Below, one piece after another: positions 55,469 to 64,000 of a stretch of DNA of 64,000 nt (its first letter is position 1; every line of letters begins with the position of its first letter). The stretch lies in the NCBI GenBank assembly GCA_000091205.1, contig AP006498.2; one strand, written 5' to 3'. Source of the stretch: Cyanidioschyzon merolae. Its lineage: Eukaryota. Both the position numbers and the translations under genes were made by a program. The notes under the pieces were generated by a model. It was not told the origin of the DNA. It did no database searches and saw only the letters and a list, made by a program, of their open reading frames with translations.

Positions 55469-58400
55469 TCATGTTCTTTCGTGTTTCGAACTGCGCAACG
55501 CTGGGCTGTGGACCGTCGAAGACAACCTGCACCACCGAGCCGGGCGATAGAGTTCCAGAAGAATACTCGATACGGTCACACAGACTGAACTCGCTGCCAT
55601 GGCGATCGCAGCAATATATGGTGGAACCTGTTGCTGCCATGCCGGGTAGAATAGCCCCGCAGCAAGTGGCAACGCTGCAAGGTTATAGCCAAGTGCCCAG
55701 ACATAGTTCAGCGAGATGCGGCGGAATGCAGCACGAGAGAGGTCGATTGCGACCAATAGATCATACAACTGGTCCCGCATCAAGACAACTTGTCCGGCTT
55801 CGGCTGCAACCTGGGTCCCAGCGGCCATCGCGACGCCAACGTCTGCCGTTGCAAGTGCAGGCGCATCATTGAGACCGTCTCCGACGAAAGCCACGCGATA
55901 CCGATGACGCCATGCTTTCTTCTTCGATGAATTATCCTGCGTTGGCGACTCCGCCTGGAGCGCCTCGATCATCCATGGCACGGGCGGTGCTGGCTCCGAT
56001 CCCACAGCCGCTTTCGGCAACTTTCCGCGCTCGGCTGCTTCCACACATGCGCGAACCGCCTGCGCTTTTTGCCATGGTAAGGCCCCAGCAATCACGCGTG
56101 TCGTAGGGATACCGACTCGTTCCGCTACACGCTGAGCAGCGGCTGCCTGATCCCCAGTTACCATCCAGCACGATATGTGCAGGCGTTTGCTCAGAGTCGT
56201 TATCACTGCAGCCGATTCTGGTCGGATGGGGTCCTCAATGGCGAAGGCAACCTGCGGCACCCAGTTCCGTGCCGCAACCACCACCGTTGCTCCACCAGCT
56301 TCGATTGCACGGAGTTTCTGCTCGATATGTTCCAGGGGTACCGCCTGCGTATCCGCGAAATCCGTGGGTGTCTCTCGACAAACTTGCAAGATCCACGTCG
56401 GAGAGCCAATATGAACCGTGTGATCTGCGACGATGCCCTGAATGCCGAGGCCCGGTTCCACATGCAGCGCGCGAGCAAGCGGCAGTACCGCATCTGGAAT
56501 CCGTTGGCGAATATAGTCGAGCAATGTGCGAGCAAGCAGATGTTCGGAGTGCTCCTCAATTGCTGCGATACTCAGAAGCAATGCCTCCTCCCGCTCACTC
56601 GAAGACGGGCCATGCTCGATGGACGGCTCCAGCTCTTGCAGAAGAAGATGCCGTGTCACAGCAGGTCTGCCCATGGTTAGCGTCCCCGTCTTGTCGAACA
56701 GAATGCAGCGGACACTGCGCAGCGCCTCCAACGCGATGCCGCTCTTGAAAAGGACTCCCAAATGTGCTCCCAGCGACGTCGCCACCATAATGACGGTGGG
56801 CGTGGCGAGTCCCAGCGCACAGGGACAGGCAATGATCAGGGTGGATATCGCGAACAGAAGCGCAAATGGCACTGGTCCGCCCTTGCCGCTGTACCAACTC
56901 GATGGAATCACCCTACTTTGGGCGAGCGCCATCCACACCAAAAAGTCGACCAGGGCGATCACGAGAACCCCAGGAACAAAAACAGCGGCGATGCCGTCTG
57001 CAATGGCCTCTACGGGTGCTCGCTGGGCCTGTGCCTCCTCAACCAGACGAATGATCTGCGAAAGCGTCGCGTCAGCGCCCACGGCTGTCGCCTGCACAAT
57101 GAGCGGATGGCTCCCGTTGACGGTGCCGCTGTAGACGATAGCCCCGGGGCCTTTGGGGACGCGCATCGACTCGCCAGTCAACATGGACTCGTCGGCGGTG
57201 CTGCTTCCTTCGAGTACAATCGCGTCTGCGGGAAATCGTTCACCAGGTTTGATTCCGATAATATCGCCAACGTCGAGCAGTTTTGCGTCGATATCTCCGA
57301 TGCCGCGATACTGCTCATCGCTGGCAACCGGGAGGCTACCACTTTTCCCAGTTGATACAGGCAAAGCATCCGAGGTTCGCACGGCAGGCTCGCTGGTGCT
57401 CTCCATTGCTTGGGCAGTATGTATGCCGGCAGTAAGCGGCTCGGGCGGATGTCCAGGAATGGTGTCGCGCTCCGCCGCGGGCTTCCGCTCGCAAGGTTCC
57501 TGGGGTACCTCATTCAAACCCTCGTTGGTGCAGGAAGCATCATCTGACCGTTGTGTTATACGGGCCATTAAAAAGGCTCGCTGCGGCTGCAACGCGTACA
57601 AGGACTCAATACCCGATGCGGCACGGCGTTTTGCCACAGTCTCCATCCACTTACCAAGAATGATAATGGTAATGAGGAGGGCACTCGTGTCAAATGCGGG
57701 ACCGCTTCCAAACCGCACATTGGCGCCATTCAGAATCACGAGAATCAGCGAGTAGAAATAGGCAATGGATGTGCTTAACGCAACGAGCACGTCCATGTTC
57801 GCTCGACGCCTCTTCAACAGCGCGTAGTAGCTGCCCCTGTAGAAAGGATAGCCCGCAATGAACTGAACAGGAGTTGTGAGCACCAGGGCAACCAAATTGC
57901 CGACCTGGAGCGCAGAGCCGCCAACCTGAGCCCTCAAGGAAGGCGGTGGCATTGGTAAATTCATTAGAACAGTACTGATAACCAGTACAGGAATCGTAAA
58001 CACCAGCGCGAAGGCAAAACGTCCCAACCATTCCAACGCCTCTCGGTGTAGACGCGCTGCCAATGTCTCAGCGGGGTCCTGCGACTTAGCGGCATTGGGT
58101 GCATCTTTGATGTCGAAGCTGCCACCGAGGCCAGCACTCTGCAAAACAGCGACGATTCTAGCGTATGGATTCAGTTGAGATGCCTCTGGCGAAACCTCCA
58201 TGTTTTTGCTGATATTCGTGATAGATTGCTCATCTCTCGGCCATATATGGAGCGCGTAGCGCGGTGCAGGCCGCTTGCGCATGCACAGCCACTGACGATA
58301 AAGCGCTTGCCACCAAGGAAGCGCCGCGTTAGCGTCCATTTCTCCTGTGGATTTTTGCTCGACTAGGTTGAATGTCTTCGCCACAGCAGTCCTTTGGAGC

Positions 58401-59746
58401 GCAGCTACTGCCTCGTCCGCTTTGAGTCGGTCTGTAAAACATAGCACTAATGGCATTCGGTCGGAGCCCGCCACGGTACCGCTTCGATTCGGATGCGATG
58501 CCGACCCATCCGTGAGTGTCTCATTGGATTGCAGTTCGGCGCCGTAGCCGATGGACGCAATATATGCCTGGATCCGGCCGGCGTCTACGATATTGCCATC
58601 ATACGTTACTGTTGCCTTCTGACTGAGCAACGTCACAGAAGCGCTCTGGACACCAGCTAGACGACGAAGTGCGGTCTCTATGGCACCAACGCAGGTAGCG
58701 CACGACATACCACGAACACTGAAAGTTGTACGGACAAGATTTGTTTTGTCTTGGAGCGCTTCCTTTTTCAAGGTCTTCTCAGTCGTAGCGCTCTCGTCTA
58801 CGGCCATTGTTTTCAGAGATTTCGATGAGCAACACGCACGAGTCGAGGCTCGCTTTCCACAACCGCAAGCAGCTTGCGAAAGATCCAGGATGCCCACTGG
58901 ATTCACCAGGCATCCCATGGTGTCCAGCTCTTCGCGGTTCACGCGAACGCCCGCATCACCTCGAAGCCGCGGCTCGAGTGCGCCGACGCAGCTCGGTTCT
59001 CCGCAACCACAGTTATAACGGAGCGCTTCGGAGGTATCATCCGCGTCACTGATACAACTCATTTCCACGTCTTTTGATATGAGTGTGACCTGCTTACCAA
59101 CGGCGTTCGTCGCCTGGATCAGCGCCGACACAGGCACCTGGCGATCCAAAGCAACGCGTGCCCGCTTGAGACCCAACAGGACATGTGCCCGAACAACTCC
59201 CGGCACGTTTTCCAACGCTGCAGTGACCTTGCGAGCACATCCATCGCAACGAAGGCCTTCGACTTGAAGGTGCACTATCTGGAAGATGCGCGTGCGCAGC
59301 GTCATCTGTACCGCGGGCAGCTCTCCCTGTAAAAACTCTATAATTTTGGAGTACAGCGCTGTTGGCGACGTACGCACGCGCAACTTTACCTCTGCTCCAG
59401 TGCACTCCGGAAAGACAGCTTCAACTTCGGGAAGACTTTTCAACCGCTCCACAACTGCTGCAACATCCTTCGAACCCGGCCACTTGGCCACAACGACCTC
59501 AAACATCACACAATCCTTCCCGTCTGCTTGTTCTTTATCGTTCATATGCCACGTGTACAAACGTAGTCGCGAGGTAACGACACCAGGGCCATGCAAACTG
59601 CCGCTTCGACAACGTCCGTACAAGCTGGACCTCCGGTGCCTATGGCGTATCGTGTGACACGAGTGTGACGCGCAGGCAGTCGCGATCGATCGCGCGATGC
59701 GCGCCCTCGGGTATGCAGCAGGGGAGGCCAGACGCGCGCCGCCCAT
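55469..59746 (-). CDS. Copper-transporting P1B-type ATPase (heavy-metal ATPase) with N-terminal HMA domains
   Basis: HMA-type metal-binding domains ('LQVEGLRCDGCARKV', 'FSVRGMSCATCVGAIE'), a 'TGES' actuator, 'ACPCALGLATPT' (CPC), 'DKTGTLT', 'VTGDQ' and 'GDGLNDAPALA'. The 1425-aa ORF probably starts at a downstream Met (~aa 68, 'MNDKEQ'). Confidence 0.9.
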   Translation of the reverse strand: MGGARLASPAAYPRARIARSIATACASHSCHTIRHRHRRSSLYGRCRSGSLHGPGVVTSRLRLYTWHMNDKEQADGKDCVMFEVVVAKWPGSKDVAAVVERLKSLPEVEAVFPECTGAEVKLRVRTSPTALYSKIIEFLQGELPAVQMTLRTRIFQIVHLQVEGLRCDGCARKVTAALENVPGVVRAHVLLGLKRARVALDRQVPVSALIQATNAVGKQVTLISKDVEMSCISDADDTSEALRYNCGCGEPSCVGALEPRLRGDAGVRVNREELDTMGCLVNPVGILDLSQAACGCGKRASTRACCSSKSLKTMAVDESATTEKTLKKEALQDKTNLVRTTFSVRGMSCATCVGAIETALRRLAGVQSASVTLLSQKATVTYDGNIVDAGRIQAYIASIGYGAELQSNETLTDGSASHPNRSGTVAGSDRMPLVLCFTDRLKADEAVAALQRTAVAKTFNLVEQKSTGEMDANAALPWWQALYRQWLCMRKRPAPRYALHIWPRDEQSITNISKNMEVSPEASQLNPYARIVAVLQSAGLGGSFDIKDAPNAAKSQDPAETLAARLHREALEWLGRFAFALVFTIPVLVISTVLMNLPMPPPSLRAQVGGSALQVGNLVALVLTTPVQFIAGYPFYRGSYYALLKRRRANMDVLVALSTSIAYFYSLILVILNGANVRFGSGPAFDTSALLITIIILGKWMETVAKRRAASGIESLYALQPQRAFLMARITQRSDDASCTNEGLNEVPQEPCERKPAAERDTIPGHPPEPLTAGIHTAQAMESTSEPAVRTSDALPVSTGKSGSLPVASDEQYRGIGDIDAKLLDVGDIIGIKPGERFPADAIVLEGSSTADESMLTGESMRVPKGPGAIVYSGTVNGSHPLIVQATAVGADATLSQIIRLVEEAQAQRAPVEAIADGIAAVFVPGVLVIALVDFLVWMALAQSRVIPSSWYSGKGGPVPFALLFAISTLIIACPCALGLATPTVIMVATSLGAHLGVLFKSGIALEALRSVRCILFDKTGTLTMGRPAVTRHLLLQELEPSIEHGPSSSEREEALLLSIAAIEEHSEHLLARTLLDYIRQRIPDAVLPLARALHVEPGLGIQGIVADHTVHIGSPTWILQVCRETPTDFADTQAVPLEHIEQKLRAIEAGGATVVVAARNWVPQVAFAIEDPIRPESAAVITTLSKRLHISCWMVTGDQAAAAQRVAERVGIPTTRVIAGALPWQKAQAVRACVEAAERGKLPKAAVGSEPAPPVPWMIEALQAESPTQDNSSKKKAWRHRYRVAFVGDGLNDAPALATADVGVAMAAGTQVAAEAGQVVLMRDQLYDLLVAIDLSRAAFRRISLNYVWALGYNLAALPLAAGLFYPAWQQQVPPYIAAIAMAASSVCVTVSSILLELYRPARWCRLSSTVHSPALRSSKHERT

Positions 59747-59984
59747 CGCCGCCTGCCCAAAAAAGTAAGAAAAGAAAAATGCGCATAATCGGAGAACGCT
59801 GGCCTAAGCAAACGTTTTGTACATGAAAAAAATCGCCGCCTGCCGCTTCCGTTCCGCGACGGCGTTGAGGCGCGCTCCAGACACGTGTCTTCGGATGCCG
59901 CTGAGGCGCGCGCGATCCACGTGCGTGTCCACAGAAGGGAGCCTCATCCGCGCATCCGGGCAGACGTGTCTCTCTCTTTCCCTC

Positions 59985-60010
59985 TGTGTGTGTGTGTGTG
60001 TGCGCGCGCA
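59985..60010. repeat. (TG)9(CG)4 dinucleotide microsatellite
   Basis: 'tgtgtgtgtgtgtgtgtgtgcgcgcgca' read directly from the sequence. Confidence 0.8.
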
Positions 60011-61245
60011 TGACTCGCTGGGCGCCCCTAACGCCAGTCATCCAGACAAAGTGTCGATATCGTAAGCATCTAGATGCTTGCGCGAACGGATTTTGCGGCG
60101 AGTGATCGCAAGCGTTCTCGCGTTGCATTCGCTGGCGAGGCGTCGAGAAAGGAGGCGCATTTGGATGCCTGTCCTGTCCGTGTCCGAATGGTATCTTTCA
60201 TGGCATTCCAAAGGGGCAATCCGTGGGCGGATGTGTAGGAACGCTTTTCGCGGTGCTCTGTGTTGCCGCACCGGTACCCGCGCTCTCGGCGAGGACAGCG
60301 CAGCGCTGCAAGCGCTCAGCAATCCACGCCGTTTTCGATTCGCCGGCGAGGGTGCTTTGCCAGTGTGGACGGTCTCTTTCGATATCGTTGAGAGAAGGCT
60401 GCTGTGACGCCTGCATTCAGCTGGATTTATTCGTAACTGGGCGAGGTCGTCGACGCACCGACTCGCGAAATGCTAACACGCTCAGCAGAACGCCGCTGCC
60501 TACGCATGTGATCGCTTCCTCTTAGACAGAGCGGGACTGTTTGATGAATGCGTGGTCGTACGCTTCTGAAACACGCTCTTTCGTGGAACATACACGATCG
60601 ACATATAGATTGTGCATCCACTCGATCAGCGCAGATGCGATTATGGCAAGTAGTTCGTGATCATGTTCGCGAAATGCCCCGGGTATTCTTGCAATCTTAC
60701 TCATTGCCGCTCAAGATACATGGTATGGAATGCGTGAATCGCTTATAGAGCAAGTTTGTGGAAGCGATTCCCGCGTAGATGATCCGCAGGGAAGTAGCAC
60801 AAACGACCCCTTCCCGCCAAGTCTCAATGACGTTGGTGTGCGTGCATGCGTGCATGCGTGCACGCGGGAAACGCCGTCGACGGAGCGCCCGCGGGTGTTG
60901 CCACCGCGAATGCGTCGCGCGCTCCAGGTTCACTGCTTCGCCTCAAGTGCGTGCAGCGAATCAGGTTGAGAAGCGTGGGGCCGGGGGCTTGCAAACCTCA
61001 ACATCCAGCGCATATTGCTGCTGAAACTCGGGGTTGGCGGGCTTTGGCTTCTGATTGCGCCTTAGACTGTATTCTTGGGCACCTTGGTGACCGCTGCGTG
61101 ACGAGGACACTGCAGTGCTGCGGCTGCAGGTGCGTGCACTGCCAGCGGAGTCAGCAGGCCACGCTGCAACTCTCTGGAGCGTGGTTTGCGCTCTTCATCT
61201 TTGCAGGGTTTGTGTGCACGGATCTGATATAGCTTTACGCAGTTT

Positions 61246-63159
61246 GTGGTTAGTAACGTGATTGCTTGTGACACGAGGATGAGTGGCGGCGGTTGCTCAA
61301 GTTGCAGCTGCAACGGAACCGAGCGCTATGGTTCCATCGACCCGAAACTCAAGTTTGTCATTGTTGCCGGCGGGGTAATCAGCGGCATCGGAAAAGGGCT
61401 CACCTCGTCTTCGATAGGTGTCCTGCTGAAAGCGTGCGGTTGGCGTGTATCTGCGATCAAAATCGATCCGTATATTAACGTGGACGCGGGCACCATGTCG
61501 CCGTTCGAACACGGAGAGACCTTTGTGCTTGATGACGGCAGTGAGACTGACTTGGATCTTGGAAACTACGAGCGTTTCTTGTCTGTGAACCTCACTCGGC
61601 GGCATAACATTACCACAGGAAAAGTGTACTCCGAAGTTATTCAGCGCGAACGACGAGGCGATTACCTCGGACGCACTGTTCAAGTGGTTCCCCATTTAAC
61701 AGACTTGATACAGGATCAGATAATGGCGGCAGCGATGGAGAGAGTTGACGATTCGGGGCTTCCACCCGAAGTCGTGATTATTGAACTCGGGGGAACAGTC
61801 GGCGATATCGAAAGCGCCCCCTTCGTGGAAGCGTTGCGACAGCTTCGCTATAGACACGGCCAAGAGAATGTATGTATTGCTTTTGTCTCACTAGTGCCGT
61901 GTCTTGGCGTTGTTGGCGAGCAAAAGACGAAACCCACGCAGGCAGGGTGCTCGACGATTGCGTCCCTGGGGTTACCTCCGCAGCTCATCTTTTGTCGCAG
62001 CGATCGACCATTGCTCCCGGAGACGCGTGCGAAGATTGCACTTTTTGCACAGGTTCCTGTAGAAGCCGTTGTCTCCCTGCATGACGTTAGCAATACCTTT
62101 CGAATACCGCTGATGATGCAGGAGCAGGGTGTCACGAATGCGCTGATCTCGGCGCTGCGTCTCAGCTGGCGGCTGCCGGTCCTCTTAGAGCGCTGGGGAC
62201 GTATGGCGGCTGCTTTCGATAGCTATCAGGGCGAGTGCAGGATCGCCATTGTGGGCAAATACACGGGTCTCGCGGACACTTATCTGAGCGTTATCAAAGC
62301 GCTTGAACATGCAGGCATGGCTCTCCATCGCAAGGTTCACATTCACTGGATCGCAGCTGAGAGCCTGGAGAACTTTGTGGATGCATCGGGTGATTCGAGA
62401 CTGCTGCCAAACGGCTCGCCGACGCAGCGCCATATGGCGTATCAGAATGCATGGCGCGAACTGAGCGCCGCTGATGGAATCTTGGTTCCGGGCGGTTTCG
62501 GTTGTCGTGGCATTGAAGGCATGCTGGCAGCGATTCGGTATGCGCGGGAGCATCGAGTCCCGTACCTTGGCATTTGCCTTGGCATGCAGCTGGCTGCGGT
62601 GGAGTTGGCGCGATCGCGCCTCGCTGATGGCGCGAAGGCTAACAGCACCGAATTTGATGAGCATGCCGATCCTGCCATCGTCGTATTCATGCCCGAAGTA
62701 GACAAGACTAGAATGGGCGGTACAATGCGACTCGGTGCCCGTAAGACAATCTTTCAACCCGATGGAACCAACTCCATTGCATCGTTACTCTACGGCCGAA
62801 AACCGTTCATCATGGAACGGCACCGCCATCGATACGAGGTGAACCCCAAATACGTGGATCGCCTGGAGAAAGAATGTGGACTTCGATTCGTTGCTCGCGA
62901 TGAAACAGGACAGCGAATGGAGATCGCAGAGCTGAATCGCGCGGAGCATCCCTTCTTTTTGGGATCGCAGTTCCATCCGGAGCTTAAATCCCGACCGGGA
63001 GCACCATCACCGCCGTTTGTGGGATTTGTTGCGGCTGCTGCGGGTCTTCCGCTTGACGAACTCGCGATCGAGGAGATGATGCTACGTGTACAGAGTCAGG
63101 ATCCCTGGCAGCCGCATTCCGAGGAGTCTCGTGGTTTGGACTCTAGTTTCTGTCTTTGA
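61246..63159 (+). CDS. CTP synthase (N-terminal synthetase domain plus C-terminal glutamine amidotransferase)
   Basis: 'KFVIVAGGVISGIGKG', 'DPYINVDAGTMSP', 'GEVFVLDDG' and the GATase triad region 'GICLGMQ' ... 'HRHRYEVN'. The N-terminal ~30 aa (Cys/Ser-rich) precede the conserved start, so an alternative start at Met12 is possible. Confidence 0.92.
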   Translation: MVSNVIACDTRMSGGGCSSCSCNGTERYGSIDPKLKFVIVAGGVISGIGKGLTSSSIGVLLKACGWRVSAIKIDPYINVDAGTMSPFEHGETFVLDDGSETDLDLGNYERFLSVNLTRRHNITTGKVYSEVIQRERRGDYLGRTVQVVPHLTDLIQDQIMAAAMERVDDSGLPPEVVIIELGGTVGDIESAPFVEALRQLRYRHGQENVCIAFVSLVPCLGVVGEQKTKPTQAGCSTIASLGLPPQLIFCRSDRPLLPETRAKIALFAQVPVEAVVSLHDVSNTFRIPLMMQEQGVTNALISALRLSWRLPVLLERWGRMAAAFDSYQGECRIAIVGKYTGLADTYLSVIKALEHAGMALHRKVHIHWIAAESLENFVDASGDSRLLPNGSPTQRHMAYQNAWRELSAADGILVPGGFGCRGIEGMLAAIRYAREHRVPYLGICLGMQLAAVELARSRLADGAKANSTEFDEHADPAIVVFMPEVDKTRMGGTMRLGARKTIFQPDGTNSIASLLYGRKPFIMERHRHRYEVNPKYVDRLEKECGLRFVARDETGQRMEIAELNRAEHPFFLGSQFHPELKSRPGAPSPPFVGFVAAAAGLPLDELAIEEMMLRVQSQDPWQPHSEESRGLDSSFCL

Positions 63160-64000
63160 TTGGCATCCAAAGAGCTAGCAGTCCTGCTGTACCTGGGTTG
63201 TCGCGGATGCGCAGGGCCCCAGATCATCATGACGCTCTCTGGTCGGACGAAGGGCACGCTAGTGCACGGGACGCTGGAGAGGACCACGCTTGCTAACTCT
63301 GTAAGATAATCACAACTGGTGCAGCGCAAGTCCCATGGGATGATGTGGAGCTCACGGCGTTCTTTTCGGTGATGATCGCTAGTTTGCCTCAGGTGAATCA
63401 AGGATTTTATATGAGCAACAAGCTAGCCAAAGATATTCGCATGAAAAATGGTGCATCTGTGGGGCCCGGCTCTTGTCTGCGCCTTTCGAACTATGGAACG
63501 GTGCTCGTCGCCAATGCGCTTGTCATCACACTGCAGAATCATGAAAAGCCGCTTCTCGCAAGTAGCGAGCGATGGATGACGCTACACGCACCCGACCTCC
63601 GGAGACGGCATGCGCATTGCACGACTGACGTTTCGTAACGCTGCCACAAGAGCTAAAGCGGCTACACAACGATACGGGAATCCTTGCGTCTTTTTTTGGT
63701 GTGCTTGAAGGCTGTTTACTGTTACCAGCGGATCTCCGATTGCACGATGGGTCTCGGTCTCCGGCGAAAAGCATCCGCGATTCCACAGCATGCCCTCAAG
63801 TTCTGCGAGCCAGCACCTCACAGACTTTTCCCTGGGGACATTAGCCAGTACGTATGATCCGCTGGATGCCGTACCGACCGAACGTGCCGAGAATATTGGC
63901 TACTGCGCTGCTGGGTACACCTCGCAGAGACAGAACGACATTGTCGTTCACTGTTGCATGCTCGCTTGAGACGTCCATATTCCAGCACGGGGTCAGGTAT

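Noticed and set aside
4267-63159. Bacterial or viral origin of the window
   Set aside because: The gene set, the poly-Q tracts, the presequences and the eukaryotic-type INO1/PYROXD1/GINS argue for a eukaryotic nuclear locus. The TnpB-like sequences are therefore interpreted as Fanzor-type eukaryotic elements rather than evidence of prokaryotic DNA.
1-64000. tRNA/rRNA genes
   Set aside because: I scanned for T-loop-like GGTTCGAATCC/GTTCGAGTC motifs and rDNA-like conserved blocks. The few GTTCGA occurrences (e.g. ~26076, ~30766) lack acceptor, D-arm or anticodon context. None is called. A tRNAscan-SE run would settle it.

Overview
This window appears to be nuclear DNA from a GC-rich (~57%) eukaryote with few or no introns. 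The coding genes are eukaryotic housekeeping genes (listed below). A one-helix OHP/HLIP-like light-harvesting-family protein and a bacterial-type leucyl-tRNA synthetase with a long N-terminal extension point to a plastid-bearing host, probably an alga or protist. Long housekeeping ORFs are uninterrupted, and CAG/poly-Q tracts and microsatellites are present.

The accessory content is the most interesting part. There is a cluster of four bestrophin-family anion-channel paralogs between 12.6 and 30.3 kb. Two of them are identical copies sitting in a ~4.0-kb inverted duplication (arms 10998-15033 and 15521-19559, unique centre ~490 bp). Degenerate TnpB/Fanzor-like (RuvC zinc-finger, RDxNAAxNI) elements are scattered around this cluster. 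One group, called family A here, is a compact ~1.25-kb element present in 4 copies with a conserved left-end motif and a conserved 3' non-coding tail that could be an omega-RNA. A TnpB-like pseudogene with substituted catalytic residues sits exactly at the centre of the palindrome. A second group, family B, consists of short non-autonomous remnants that carry only the C-terminal EFVNRDFNAAINI fragment.

Two other repeat structures stand out. A ~2-kb direct segmental duplication (42.6 kb and 50.2 kb) has a 930-bp core that is nearly identical in both copies while its 3' tail has diverged (the core looks homogenised, e.g. by gene conversion). It brackets the rhomboid and GINS-Psf3 genes. A 72-bp minisatellite lies at 2219-2465.

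Recognisable coding genes in order: myo-inositol-1-phosphate synthase, OHP-like protein, PfkB kinase, cytosolic-type malate dehydrogenase, bestrophin x4, MsrB, bacterial-type LeuRS, Sm-like protein, PYROXD1, rhomboid protease, GINS Psf3, ThiE, copper-transporting P-type ATPase and CTP synthase. No rRNA, tRNA or CRISPR was found by eye.
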